Notes: generated by a model from the letters alone, not told the origin. 64,000 nucleotides of DNA from an uncultured Mycoplasmatota bacterium (GCA_900544625.1 UQVR01000002.1:10639-74638), one strand, 5' to 3'. Positions 39,163-49,409 are shown, counted from the first letter of the stretch. Made by a program: numbers and translations.

Positions 39163-39375
39163 AAAAAAATCATAAACTAAGGACGAGTATAACCCGCGGT
39201 ACCACCTTAATTCATGATTTATCATGCAACTTAAAAATTTATAACGTAATTACCCGATCTTAACTCCAGAGCCATATTCGAATATCTTCATTTTTTCTTT
39301 TCCACCAACCAAGAAATCTCTATGAAACGAATGATACCTACTCTTTCCTTCCTCGCTAAACTAAACATAGTTTAC
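39163..39375 (-). ncRNA. T-box leader (probable Met specifier) controlling dut-metG
   Basis: The - strand carries AGAGA...TGGTTGGTGGAA (stem I motifs) and candidate AUG-A specifiers. The T-box sequence AATTAAGGTGGTACCGCG follows, then a long imperfect helix and T7 immediately before the dut RBS. Confidence 0.8.
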
Positions 39376-39398
39376 CATACATTTAAGTTTAATTCAAG

Positions 39399-39911
39399 TT
39401 AAAATATATCAATTTTATCAGCAATAATCTTTGCTAGTAGTTTTCCTAAAAAAGTATAGTCATTTCCACTTGCACTAATTAAAATAACAAGTCCCAAAGA
39501 ATCACTAGATGCAATAATTGGTACAACTGTATAATAGCCACTAACATCATTTCCAAAATTTATTGTGGATAACTCTTTACTTATAAACATTTCTCTATTA
39601 TCAATAAGCTCTAAAAATTTGTTATTAAGTTTAGAGTTTTCCACAATTTCTTTATTTGAAGAACTAATAACTTTTTCTCTATCAGTTATTACTAAATCAA
39701 CATTATAAATATTTTTAATAAGTTCACATAACTTACCACTTAAATCTTCATATTTTCGTACCTCAAAATATTTTTTTAATATAATACTATCTTCATTAGT
39801 AAATATCTCTAAAGCCTCACCATTTCTAATACCTAAATTTTTTCTAATTTCCTTTGGAATTACTATCCTTCCAAGTTCATCTATTTTCCTTGTTACACCA
39901 GTTTGTTTCAA
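39399..39911 (-). CDS. spoVT: Stage V sporulation protein T (AbrB-type N-terminus plus GAF-like C-terminus)
   Basis: TGVTRKIDELGRIVIPKEIRKNLGIRNGEALEIF SpoVT/AbrB swapped-hairpin domain. 170 aa. Downstream of mfd as in Bacillus. Confidence 0.85.
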   Translation of the reverse strand: MKQTGVTRKIDELGRIVIPKEIRKNLGIRNGEALEIFTNEDSIILKKYFEVRKYEDLSGKLCELIKNIYNVDLVITDREKVISSSNKEIVENSKLNNKFLELIDNREMFISKELSTINFGNDVSGYYTVVPIIASSDSLGLVILISASGNDYTFLGKLLAKIIADKIDIF

Positions 39912-39965
39912 AAAAATTCACTCCACTTCATTACTTATTGTGGAGCAAATTATTTTTTTTATGTA

Positions 39966-42900
39966 TTAAAGTATTTTTTCTAATAAAGTAACTATATAAA
40001 ATATAAAATGTTTAGGTAGATCCTTAGTATAAAGTAAAATACTAATTCTTTTATTAACATATTTTATATTAAATGATCTTGATAAATTCATTGCCTCAAT
40101 TAAAAGTTTATCTCCTTTAATACCATTAGATATTTCTTCGGGTAAAGTAATTTCAATACTTCTATCAGTTTGAACAACTTGTTTAATATTATATTTTTTA
40201 GCAAGCTTTTCAAACCACTCTTCATACATATAAACGAGCATATCATCAGTTACTTTTCCAAATCTATCTTCAAGTTCATTCTTAATTTCTAACATCTTTT
40301 CATAAGAATCGATTTCATTAATCTTTTGATGTATTTCAATTTTAATATCTTCATCAGTTACATAAGAATCACTTATATGAGTACTCACATTTATTAAAGC
40401 TTGTGTATCAGTATCTTCTTCTTCAACAAACTCACCTTGTTGACGTTTAATTTCATCTTCAATCATTTTCATATATAAAGAAATACCAACACTATCTACG
40501 AACCCTGCTTGAGATGCTCCGAATATATCCCCGGCACCTCTTAGACTTAAGTCTCGCATTGCAATTTTATAACCACTACCAAGTTCAGTAAATTCTTTTA
40601 TAGTATTAAGCCTTTTAATTGCAATATCATTTAACATTTTATTTTTTTCATACATCAAATATGCATATGCAATTTTATCACTACGACCAACACGACCTCG
40701 AATTTGATAAAGTTGACTTAAACCGAAATTTTCTGCATCATGAATAATTAAAGTATTTACATTTGGAATATCAATTCCACTTTCTATTATTGTTGTGCAT
40801 ATTAATATATCATATTCATAATTAATAAATGAAGACATTATATTATCTAGTTCGTCCTTTTCCATCTTACCATGAGCAAAAGTAATTCTTGCATCAGGTA
40901 CAATTTCATGAATATGATTCATATATTTTTCAATAGTTTCCACTCTATTGTAAAGAATAAATACTTGTCCTTTTCTAGCTAGTTCTTTATAAATTGCATC
41001 TTTAATTAAAAAGTCATCTTCTACTGCTACATAAGTTTGAACTGGATATCTATTAACTGGTGGAGTATCAATAATTGATAAATCTCTAAGTCCTGACATC
41101 GCCATTTTTAAAGTTCTAGGTATTGGTGTTGCACTTAGAGTTAAAACATTAACATCGCTTTTCATAGTTTTTATTTTTTCTTTATGTGTAACTCCGAATC
41201 TTTGCTCTTCATCAACTACAAGCATGCCCAAATTCTTACAAACAATATCATCACTTAGTATTCTATGTGTTCCAAATAGTATATCTATTCTACCATTTTT
41301 TAAATCATCAAGTACTCTATGAGTTTCTCGAGCACTTATGTGTCGATTTAATAAAGCAATTTCTATTGGCCAATTTTTAAATCTTTCCTTAGCAACATTA
41401 TATTGTTGTTTTGAAAGAATGGTCGTAGGGCATAAATAAAGCACTTGTTCATTATTTAAAACTGCCTTAAACATTGCTCGCATTGCTACTTCAGTTTTGC
41501 CAAAACCAACATCACCACATAGTAACCTATCCATTGGATTATTTTTTTTCAAGTCATTATTTATTTCTACGACTGCTTTCTTTTGATCTGGAGTTAAATT
41601 ATATTTAAATTCACTAGCAAATACATCTTCTTCAGGATAATCACTATAAGGTTTCTTTTTTAATTCTAATCGTTTTTTATAAAGTAGAATTAATTCTCTT
41701 GAAATATCTTTAACTTTTTCAGAAATATATTTCTTAGTTTTTTCCCAATTAGTACTCCCAAGTTTATTAAGTTTAGGTTTAACACCATCTTTACCAGTAT
41801 ATTTATAAATTAAATCTATTTTTTCTACAGGCACATAAATTTTATCTGTACCTTCATAATAAATTGTTAAAAAGTCTTTTTGAACACCACGAACAGTTAA
41901 AGTCGTTATTCCTTGATAAATACCAATTCCATGTGATATATGAACTACATAATCGCCTTTTTCTAATTGATTAAAATCTTTAATTCTTTTACCAACATGA
42001 AAATTATTTTTATAAACTCCTTTGACTAATTTTACATCTTCAATATCATTTTCAGAAATTACCACATACTTATCAAGTATAAATCCATGTGATAATTCTT
42101 TCATGACTATATTTGCACTAGGGATTATCTTTAATAATTTCTTTTTTTCATTATTATTACTTAAATAAAAATAAACTATCTTTCCGTCTTTAACCCAATT
42201 ATTATAATCACTTGTTAATTTTTCAAAATTTTCTTTATAGTTTATTACACTTTGAGCCTTTAAATCAAGGCCTCCGGTTGAAAATAAATTAACAAATATT
42301 TTATCATTATCTTTTATATCATCAAAAGAATACATAATATCTTCACTAATATTATTGGATTTTTTATATTCAAGTATATCATCATACAAATGTGTAAATG
42401 AGGCATCAATCTGTGATTTATCTACATAAACCACCAAAGGGTTATTAGCATAATCAAATAAAGAATTTTTATCACTTGATACAATTTCATCAATTGCTTT
42501 TATTTTTATAGATGAAATATCTTCCATTGACATTTGCGTATTTTCATTAAAATATTTAATATTATCTATAACATTTCCATCAAATTCAATTCTAATCGGA
42601 TGTTCAAAATCTATCGGATATAAATCCAAAATGAATCCACGAACAGCATATTCACCGGACATAGTAACCAAAGATTCTCGATGGTAACCAAGTTCATCAA
42701 TTTTACTTACTAACTCATCCCTTTTTATGAGATCATTTTTACGTACCTCAAAATAATTCTTAATATCTTTACTAGGTAAATATTTTAAATATCCCATTAA
42801 ATTAGTTACAATTATATATTTTTTATTATCTTTTATTTTATCTAAAGTCTCCAACCTTTTATACTTTAATTCTGGGCTACTTGCTATAATCATTGATGAT

Positions 42901-43115
42901 AAAAAATCATCCATTGGAAAAAGTAATGTATTTTCATGTATTTTAACTAATTCATCATATATTTTATTAGCTTCAAACAAAGAACTAGTTAATACGATAA
43001 TATTTCTATCATATTTTTGACTCAATTTTTCCACGAAAAAAATGTTTAACTCATTTGTTAAACCAGATATTTCTGTTCCAATTTCGTATTTAAAATATTC
43101 GTCTAAAAAATTCAT
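39966..43115 (-). CDS. mfd: Transcription-repair coupling factor
   Basis: GDYVVH..HGIG CarD-like motif, helicase motifs GDVGFGKTE, DEEQRFG, SATPIPRT, and QLYQIRGRVGRS. Confidence 0.95.
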   Translation of the reverse strand: MNFLDEYFKYEIGTEISGLTNELNIFFVEKLSQKYDRNIIVLTSSLFEANKIYDELVKIHENTLLFPMDDFLSSMIIASSPELKYKRLETLDKIKDNKKYIIVTNLMGYLKYLPSKDIKNYFEVRKNDLIKRDELVSKIDELGYHRESLVTMSGEYAVRGFILDLYPIDFEHPIRIEFDGNVIDNIKYFNENTQMSMEDISSIKIKAIDEIVSSDKNSLFDYANNPLVVYVDKSQIDASFTHLYDDILEYKKSNNISEDIMYSFDDIKDNDKIFVNLFSTGGLDLKAQSVINYKENFEKLTSDYNNWVKDGKIVYFYLSNNNEKKKLLKIIPSANIVMKELSHGFILDKYVVISENDIEDVKLVKGVYKNNFHVGKRIKDFNQLEKGDYVVHISHGIGIYQGITTLTVRGVQKDFLTIYYEGTDKIYVPVEKIDLIYKYTGKDGVKPKLNKLGSTNWEKTKKYISEKVKDISRELILLYKKRLELKKKPYSDYPEEDVFASEFKYNLTPDQKKAVVEINNDLKKNNPMDRLLCGDVGFGKTEVAMRAMFKAVLNNEQVLYLCPTTILSKQQYNVAKERFKNWPIEIALLNRHISARETHRVLDDLKNGRIDILFGTHRILSDDIVCKNLGMLVVDEEQRFGVTHKEKIKTMKSDVNVLTLSATPIPRTLKMAMSGLRDLSIIDTPPVNRYPVQTYVAVEDDFLIKDAIYKELARKGQVFILYNRVETIEKYMNHIHEIVPDARITFAHGKMEKDELDNIMSSFINYEYDILICTTIIESGIDIPNVNTLIIHDAENFGLSQLYQIRGRVGRSDKIAYAYLMYEKNKMLNDIAIKRLNTIKEFTELGSGYKIAMRDLSLRGAGDIFGASQAGFVDSVGISLYMKMIEDEIKRQQGEFVEEEDTDTQALINVSTHISDSYVTDEDIKIEIHQKINEIDSYEKMLEIKNELEDRFGKVTDDMLVYMYEEWFEKLAKKYNIKQVVQTDRSIEITLPEEISNGIKGDKLLIEAMNLSRSFNIKYVNKRISILLYTKDLPKHFIFYIVTLLEKIL

Positions 43116-43124
43116 ATTACCTCT

Positions 43125-43676
43125 TTATTTAGTATTATAAACATTCATTGTTTTATCTATTCCTACCCTTATAAATGAATCTATTATTTTTCCAAAAGTA
43201 ATAAATTCACTATTTAATGTTTGTAACTCTATCTTACTAAATTTACCTAACACATAATCTATAACTTGATCTTTTTTAACACTTCCAATTCCAACCTTCA
43301 GCCTTGAAAAATCTTGATTTCCTAAAGAACTAATAATAGATTTTATACCATTATGGCCTCCACTTGATGAATGACATTTTAATTTATAATCTCCGACATT
43401 TAAATCTAAATCATCTTGTATAACTAAAATATCTTTCATATCTATATTAAAATATCTAACAAATTCACCAACTGCATTACCAGAATTATTCATGTAAGTT
43501 AAAGGTTTAACAAATAAAACTTTTTCTTGATTTATAACACATTCATAATACAATGCATTAAATTTAGTTGACCATTTCACATTCCCTAAGTAATCGTCTA
43601 AAACCATAAAGCCAATATTATGTCTAGTCTTATCATATTCTTTACCAGGATTTCCTAATCCTACCACTAATTTCAT
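43125..43676 (-). CDS. pth: Peptidyl-tRNA hydrolase
   Basis: LVVGLGNPG..Y..TRHNIGF and GGHNG motifs. Confidence 0.95.
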   Translation of the reverse strand: MKLVVGLGNPGKEYDKTRHNIGFMVLDDYLGNVKWSTKFNALYYECVINQEKVLFVKPLTYMNNSGNAVGEFVRYFNIDMKDILVIQDDLDLNVGDYKLKCHSSSGGHNGIKSIISSLGNQDFSRLKVGIGSVKKDQVIDYVLGKFSKIELQTLNSEFITFGKIIDSFIRVGIDKTMNVYNTK

Positions 43677-44399
43677 TTAAATAACCTCACTTTCAAATAA
43701 ATGTTGATAAGTATCTAGGTTATCAACACAAATCTCTTTTCTCAATTTAATTCCAGGTTTGCCATTTTTAACACACTTAACCAAAATTGTGTTCACAGCC
43801 TTTTCTTTTTTAGTTGAAATAAATTGTAATTCTTTAACATTCATTTTATTTTCTCGTGCTAAAACTATTATATCATCTAATCTTTCTACACGATGAACTA
43901 AATAAAACGCTTTATTACTTTTCAGATATTTACTTGCAATCTTAAAAATTGTCTCTAAATTAATGGCAATTTCATGACGAGCTAATGATAAAAAATCGTT
44001 TTTATTTCTATATCCATTTTCTTTTGTTTTAAAATATGGTGGATTACATGTTATTATATCAAATGTATTACTATCAAAATAATTATCTATGTTTTTAATA
44101 TCATCATTTATTATTTTAATATTTTTTTCTAAACCATTAATTTTTACTGACTCTAAGGCTAATTCACTAATTTCTTTTTGTATTTCAAAACCTATAATTT
44201 CCGCATCAGATTTTAAACTCAAAACCAAAGGTACCGGAGCATTTCCCGTACACATATCTAATATTTTTTTATCATCTTTTTTTATATTAACAAATTCTGC
44301 AAGCAAAAGTGAATCAAGTGAAAACTTAAAACCATCCTTCATTTGCATAATATATCTATTTTTATAATCAAATAGATCATTTTTCACTTTCGAAATCAT
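43677..44399 (-). CDS. tRNA1(Val) (adenine37-N6)-methyltransferase-like (YabB/TrmN6)
   Basis: DMCTGN SAM loop and NPPY motif (ITCNPPYF). Confidence 0.75.
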   Translation of the reverse strand: MISKVKNDLFDYKNRYIMQMKDGFKFSLDSLLLAEFVNIKKDDKKILDMCTGNAPVPLVLSLKSDAEIIGFEIQKEISELALESVKINGLEKNIKIINDDIKNIDNYFDSNTFDIITCNPPYFKTKENGYRNKNDFLSLARHEIAINLETIFKIASKYLKSNKAFYLVHRVERLDDIIVLARENKMNVKELQFISTKKEKAVNTILVKCVKNGKPGIKLRKEICVDNLDTYQHLFESEVI

Positions 44400-45162
44400 A
44401 ATCTATTTTTTCTCCATTTAATAAAATTTTACCACGATGATTTATTATATCTACACTTAATACTTGTGCTTCACCAAAAGATGTAATTATTTTATCTCCG
44501 GCTTTAGGTAATTTACTGGCTGCTTCAATATATGCTTCATCCTCATATGCTAAACAACACAAAAGCCTTCCACAAGCTCCATTGATTTTTGAAGGATTCA
44601 ATGCCAAATTTTGATTCTTAGCCATATTCATACTTATAGTATCCATTTTTCTTAAAAATCTAAGACAACATAATTCTCCACCACAAACACCAATTCCACC
44701 TATTTCTTTAGCTTTATCACGAGCTCCAATTTGTCTTAACTCAATTCTAGTGTGATAAATACCTGCAAGTTTTTTAGCTAGATCTCTAAAATCTATTCTT
44801 CCATCAGCAGTAAAATTAAATAATAATTGGCTTCGATCTAAATTAAATTGAGCACTTACAACATTCATTTCTAGTCCTAAGTCTTTAGCATATTCAATAC
44901 ATTTTTTTAAAGCCTTATCTGCATCTTTTAAATTAGTTAAATACGCATCATATTCTTCTTCAGTTGCTAATCTTTCAATTTTTTCCATTTCTTCTTTAGG
45001 TTTAACATCTTCAAGAATTTGTACTACTTTTGTAAGTTGTAAACCTCTTTCAGTATTAATTAAAACCAAAGATCCAACTTCATAATCTTCATCGCTCAAA
45101 TAATAATATTTTTTATCAATATTATTAAATTTAACTCCATATACTTTATTCATTGTAATCAC
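44377..45162 (-). CDS. yaaT: PSP1-domain stage 0 sporulation protein YaaT (RicT)
   Basis: GGCGRLLCCL-type Cys motifs (VCGGELCCLRFL, GACGRLLCCLAYE). Follows holB. Confidence 0.85.
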   Translation of the reverse strand: MITMNKVYGVKFNNIDKKYYYLSDEDYEVGSLVLINTERGLQLTKVVQILEDVKPKEEMEKIERLATEEEYDAYLTNLKDADKALKKCIEYAKDLGLEMNVVSAQFNLDRSQLLFNFTADGRIDFRDLAKKLAGIYHTRIELRQIGARDKAKEIGGIGVCGGELCCLRFLRKMDTISMNMAKNQNLALNPSKINGACGRLLCCLAYEDEAYIEAASKLPKAGDKIITSFGEAQVLSVDIINHRGKILLNGEKIDYDFESEK

Positions 45163-46015
45163 CCAACTCTATCACAAATTTATCTAATAACAATTCTATA
45201 TTTACATTACTATCAATATCTTCAATATATCTAATTAACATTTTAATTCTATGTATTATTTCATTATAGTTTAAAAAACTAAATTTATTTAATACTTCCA
45301 AATCTAAATTGTTTTCCAAACCTAAGTTTTTATTCAATAACTCTTCATAAATAATAAGAATAATTTTAAATATAGTTTTTATGTCATTTCTTTCATTAAA
45401 TTTATTTAAAACTATATCTCTATTATACATTATTCCATCTTTTTTTTCTACTTCTATTTTTTCTAAATATTTAACAGCTATATCAAAATAATCTTTATAC
45501 TCATTACTTATTAAAGTTTTAGAATCTAATTCATTACTTTTATATATAGCCCTTATTACTTCACATCTACTTCTTATCGTAGATATTACATTATTTGCAT
45601 TATCAGTTATGAAAAAGCCAATAATATTTGGTTCAGGTTCTTCCAAAAACTTAAGCATTGTATTTGCTGATGCTCCATTTAATTTTTCAGCATTTTTTAT
45701 AACATAAATATTTTCTTTTGTATAAATTGGAACGGTACTAAATTGTTTTTTTAAATCTAAAATCTGTTCCTTTTTTATATTCATCCCATTTGGACTAATA
45801 ACAATTAACGATGGCAAGTAGTTTTGTTCAATTAAATTACAAATATTACATTTATTACATTTTTCACTAAACTCGTTTTGACAAAAAATTTGTTTAATAA
45901 CAACTAATAAATCATTAAAACAATTTTCTAAATTATTTGTTTCAATTAAATAAGCATGAGATAATTTATTCTCATGATAATATTTTACAAAATTTTCTAA
46001 AACTTTTACTTCCAC
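45146..46015 (-). CDS. holB: DNA polymerase III subunit delta prime
   Basis: HAYL N-terminus, zinc-module-like CNKCNICN, LKFLEEP, SRC motif. Confidence 0.85.
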   Translation of the reverse strand: MEVKVLENFVKYYHENKLSHAYLIETNNLENCFNDLLVVIKQIFCQNEFSEKCNKCNICNLIEQNYLPSLIVISPNGMNIKKEQILDLKKQFSTVPIYTKENIYVIKNAEKLNGASANTMLKFLEEPEPNIIGFFITDNANNVISTIRSRCEVIRAIYKSNELDSKTLISNEYKDYFDIAVKYLEKIEVEKKDGIMYNRDIVLNKFNERNDIKTIFKIILIIYEELLNKNLGLENNLDLEVLNKFSFLNYNEIIHRIKMLIRYIEDIDSNVNIELLLDKFVIELGDYNE

Positions 46016-46023
46016 AAATCCTC

Positions 46024-46224
46024 CTATAACAAAACAAAATAAATCGCTACTAATGCCAAAAGTCCACTCATTCCTAAAGACGCTACAACACTTACTGTAA
46101 TTACATTTATAGGAATAAATATTTTTAATCCGCTTACCAACAAATTAAATGCATATACTAAAAAAACAGCTAATATTATTTTCTTAATTACTATAAAAAT
46201 TATTTTTTTCATAAGTTTCTCCAT
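46024..46224 (-). CDS. bofA: BofA-family pro-sigma-K processing inhibitor
   Basis: IPINVITVSVVASLGMSGLLALV aligns with the Bacillus BofA VPINLVTTAISGILGIPGIAALV. Lies next to recR. Confidence 0.65.
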   Translation of the reverse strand: MEKLMKKIIFIVIKKIILAVFLVYAFNLLVSGLKIFIPINVITVSVVASLGMSGLLALVAIYFVLL

Positions 46225-46249
46225 TTAACTATATGAAAAAAATAATTAT

Positions 46250-46864
46250 TTAATCACTTATTTTCTTTCTATCTTCTAAGGCTTTATCTAGTGTTATTAT
46301 ATCTAAATAATCTATTTCAGCGCCCATTGGAATACCATATGATAATCTAGATATTAACACATTCTTTTTTTCAAATATTTTCTTAATATATAATGTTGTT
46401 GTTTCTCCTTCAATTGTTGATTTTAAAGCTAATATTAATTCAGGTTTTTTAGCCTCTTCAACTCTTTTTACTAAACTAGATAAATTAATATTATCAGGAC
46501 CTATATTATCTGCAGGGCTAATAAGACCATTAAGCACATGATAAACCCCTTTATAATTACCAACTTTTTCAAAAGAAAATACACTTTTATAATCCTCAAT
46601 AACACAAATCAAATTTTTATCTCTTGATGGATCACCACATATGCTACAAATCTCATTTTCAGTTAAATGACCACATATACTACATTTATGTATCTTTTTT
46701 ATATTTTTTAAAGAATCTGAAAATTTATCTAAGTCTTCCTCTTTAAAATTTAATGTTGCAAGTGCTAATCTTTCGGCATTTTTTTCACCAATTCCTGGTA
46801 ATTTTTTATAATAATTTATTAATTTTTCTAATGACTCAGGATATATCATTTTAGAATAGCCCAC
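46250..46864 (-). CDS. recR: Recombination protein RecR
   Basis: LPGIGEKNAERLA HhH motif, C4 zinc finger CSICGHLTENEICSIC, Toprim. The true start is likely MIYPES at 46849. Confidence 0.95.
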   Translation of the reverse strand: MGYSKMIYPESLEKLINYYKKLPGIGEKNAERLALATLNFKEEDLDKFSDSLKNIKKIHKCSICGHLTENEICSICGDPSRDKNLICVIEDYKSVFSFEKVGNYKGVYHVLNGLISPADNIGPDNINLSSLVKRVEEAKKPELILALKSTIEGETTTLYIKKIFEKKNVLISRLSYGIPMGAEIDYLDIITLDKALEDRKKISD

Positions 46865-47144
46865 TCATAGATGCATAACTTCCTAATTTACTTTCACTTT
46901 CTTTATCTATTTTACTAAATGCATCTTTAATTGCTATCATAATCATATCTTCTAGCATTTCTTTATCATCAACATCTATTTCATCTTTTAAAATCTTAAA
47001 TGATTTAATTTCTCTTTTTCCATTAAATACTATTTCAACCCATTCAGATTTTCCAAGAAACTCCATTTTATCAATTTCTTCTTTTTTCTTTGTAATATCT
47101 CTTTGCATTCTTTGTGCTTGTTGCATTATTTGTTGCATATTCAT
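46851..47144 (-). CDS. ybaB: Nucleoid-associated protein YbaB/EbfC
   Basis: MQQAQRMQ N-terminus, about 97 aa, located between dnaX and recR. Confidence 0.9.
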   Translation of the reverse strand: MNMQQIMQQAQRMQRDITKKKEEIDKMEFLGKSEWVEIVFNGKREIKSFKILKDEIDVDDKEMLEDMIMIAIKDAFSKIDKESESKLGSYASMSGLF

Positions 47145-47162
47145 AAATTATACCTTCTTTCT

Positions 47163-48761
47163 TTATTCTACTTCTATTTTATTTATATCAAATATATCTG
47201 CAACATCAGATATATCAATATTACTATTTATCTTTTCTTTGGTTTCTTCAATTAAAGTATATTTATAACCACTCTTCAAATTGTTTATATACTCTAATTT
47301 TTCTTTTTGCCATTTATTCTCATCTATAAAAACAAATTTATACTTGAAGTTATACTTTTTATTAAATAAATCTTCAAATAAATCAATTTTTGCATTTAAT
47401 TCTATATCACCATGAGGAATTGTTACTTCCATAATAGCATAATCATTTGATGCTGCAACCACTAATGTATCTGTAACTATTCCTTTTATTAAAGCATCAT
47501 CTAAATTATTTATAAACTCATCCCATTTATTTTTCATTTCGTTTAAATTGTTTTTGGTTGCTCCTACAAAACAATTATTTATTCTAATATCAACACTTTT
47601 ATTATCTGCGCTTATATTTTCAAAAGCTTCTATTCTATGATTTTCAATATTTTTTGATAATTTAGCATCAAATTTTTCTATTTTTTTTGGCATTTCAACT
47701 TCATTATTTTTAAATTCAATATTATTATTAAACTTAGCATTTTCTATATAACTTAGAATAAGCATTTTAATAATTAAATATGGATTAACACTAATATTTA
47801 TTTTCATTAATATATTATTTAATTCAATAACCATTTTTTTATAATCATCAAAAGATAGTCTAGAAACTTCTGGATTGGATAAAACCTTAACACTTTTCTC
47901 ACTTAAAATAAGAATTAATTTTTTAATAAACACTTTATAATTCAAGTTTATACTTTGTAAATCGTTAAAGAATTTTTCTATATTGTCTATATCATTTTTA
48001 TCTAAATATATTAAAAGATCTTCAATTTTTTTATTTGATATACTTCCAATTTCTTTTGAAACTAGAGCACTAGTAATAATCTCTTCATTTTTGGATAATT
48101 GATCTAAAATACTTAAGGCATCTCTAAGACCTCCATCTGCCAATGTCGCTATTTCTTGTAACCCATCTATCTCATATTTTATTTTTTCTTCATCACAAAC
48201 AAACTTTAATCTATCAATGATATCTTGATCAGTTATTCGATGAAATTCAAATCTTTGACACCTTGAAACAATTGTTATAGGCACACTCTCTAAATTAGTC
48301 GTAGCTAATATAAATATAACATGTTCTGGAGGCTCTTCTAAAGTGAGTAACAATGCGTTAAAAGCGCTTTGACTTAACATATGAACCTCATCAATAATAT
48401 AAACTTTATATTTTAAACTCGTAGGCATTATTTTAACATTATTTATTAGTTCTCTTATTTCATCTACACCATTGTTTGATGCTGCATCTATCTCTATAAT
48501 GTCAGGATTTCCATTAAATGAAAGACAATTTTCACATTTACCACATGCAATACCAGTTTTATTATCTAAACAATTAATTGATTTAGCTAAAATTCTTGCA
48601 GTTGATGTTTTTCCAGTACCTCTTGGACCAGAAAATAAATATGCATGAGCTAATTTTTGTTCTTTTATAGAATTCTTTAATATATCGACAACATGTTTTT
48701 GACCTATTAACGAATCAAATCCATCTGGTCGATATTTACGATATAAAACTTTATAATTCAT
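47163..48761 (-). CDS. dnaX: DNA polymerase III subunits gamma/tau
   Basis: HAYLFSGPRGTGKTS, zinc module CGKCENC, IIDEVHML, SRCQRF. Confidence 0.95.
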   Translation of the reverse strand: MNYKVLYRKYRPDGFDSLIGQKHVVDILKNSIKEQKLAHAYLFSGPRGTGKTSTARILAKSINCLDNKTGIACGKCENCLSFNGNPDIIEIDAASNNGVDEIRELINNVKIMPTSLKYKVYIIDEVHMLSQSAFNALLLTLEEPPEHVIFILATTNLESVPITIVSRCQRFEFHRITDQDIIDRLKFVCDEEKIKYEIDGLQEIATLADGGLRDALSILDQLSKNEEIITSALVSKEIGSISNKKIEDLLIYLDKNDIDNIEKFFNDLQSINLNYKVFIKKLILILSEKSVKVLSNPEVSRLSFDDYKKMVIELNNILMKINISVNPYLIIKMLILSYIENAKFNNNIEFKNNEVEMPKKIEKFDAKLSKNIENHRIEAFENISADNKSVDIRINNCFVGATKNNLNEMKNKWDEFINNLDDALIKGIVTDTLVVAASNDYAIMEVTIPHGDIELNAKIDLFEDLFNKKYNFKYKFVFIDENKWQKEKLEYINNLKSGYKYTLIEETKEKINSNIDISDVADIFDINKIEVE

Positions 48762-48796
48762 AATAAAACCTCCTTGATATCATTATAACACAACAA

Positions 48797-49216
48797 TTAC
48801 TTTTTTTCTCTTAATTCTTTAAAAAAATTACTTAATATATCTAAATATTTTTGTTCTTCATTTTTTTTATTTATTTTTTCAAATTTAGTTTTATTAAAGT
48901 CTTTTTTTTCATCAGGTTTATCTAATAAATAATAAACATTATCAATTCTAGACTGTTTTATTATTTCTGCACACATTGAGCATGGTTTTAAAGACACATA
49001 CATATCACAACCACTTAAATTCCAGTTTTTTAAATTTTTTTGAGCCTTTAAAATACAATTTATTTCTGCATGCCCTAATACATTTTGATTTTTTTCTCTT
49101 GTATTACAGGCAGATGAAATTAAAACCCCATCTTTAACTATAATTGCTCCAATAGGTACATCCATTGAATTAAGCGATAACTTTGATTCTTCTATTATTA
49201 TATCTATATTATCCAT
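48797..49216 (-). CDS. tadA: tRNA-specific adenosine deaminase
   Basis: HAE and PCSMCA zinc motifs. Start set at MDNIDII (49216), 8 nt after RBS ggagg. Confidence 0.9.
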   Translation of the reverse strand: MDNIDIIIEESKLSLNSMDVPIGAIIVKDGVLISSACNTREKNQNVLGHAEINCILKAQKNLKNWNLSGCDMYVSLKPCSMCAEIIKQSRIDNVYYLLDKPDEKKDFNKTKFEKINKKNEEQKYLDILSNFFKELREKK

Positions 49217-49229
49217 AATATTTTCCTCC

Positions 49230-49311
49230 AAAAAAAAGTGCACACAAACATAGGCTGATGTGGCTGCTATTTTCCAATCCTGACCAAGTTACAGCATATT
49301 TGTTGCACGAG
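49230..49311 (-). ncRNA. ffs: Signal recognition particle RNA, minimal (helix 8 only) form
   Basis: - strand GTGCAACAAATATGCTGTAACTTGGTCAGGATTGGAAAATAGCAGCCACATCAGCCTATGTTTGTGTGCAC + U8. It contains GGUCAGG..GGAA tetraloop..AGCAGCC of SRP domain IV. The closing helix pairs end to end. Confidence 0.85.
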
Positions 49312-49314
49312 TAA

Positions 49315-49343
49315 ATCGTATCAAATATAAAGAAACATGTCAA
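49315..49343 (-). promoter_or_regulatory. Promoter of the SRP RNA
   Basis: - strand TTGACA (49343-49338), 17-nt spacer, TACGAT (49320-49315). The predicted start is a few nt before the closing helix. Confidence 0.55.
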
Positions 49344-49400
49344 TACTTTTTATTACATATATTCAAATTATATTTTTATATATTGTTTTAAATAATTTTG

Positions 49401-49409
49401 TGTTGATAA
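49401..49409 (-). promoter_or_regulatory. DnaA box variant TTATCAACA
   Basis: + strand tgttgataa. The same 9-mer is used repeatedly at oriC in this window. Confidence 0.5.

Noticed and set aside
39151-39225. N-terminal 25 codons of the tracked dut ORF (MINHELRWYRGLYSSLVYDFFVGGN).
   Set aside because: This segment is the T-box/terminator sequence read as protein. A strong RBS precedes the internal Met at 39150, where dUTPase homology begins.
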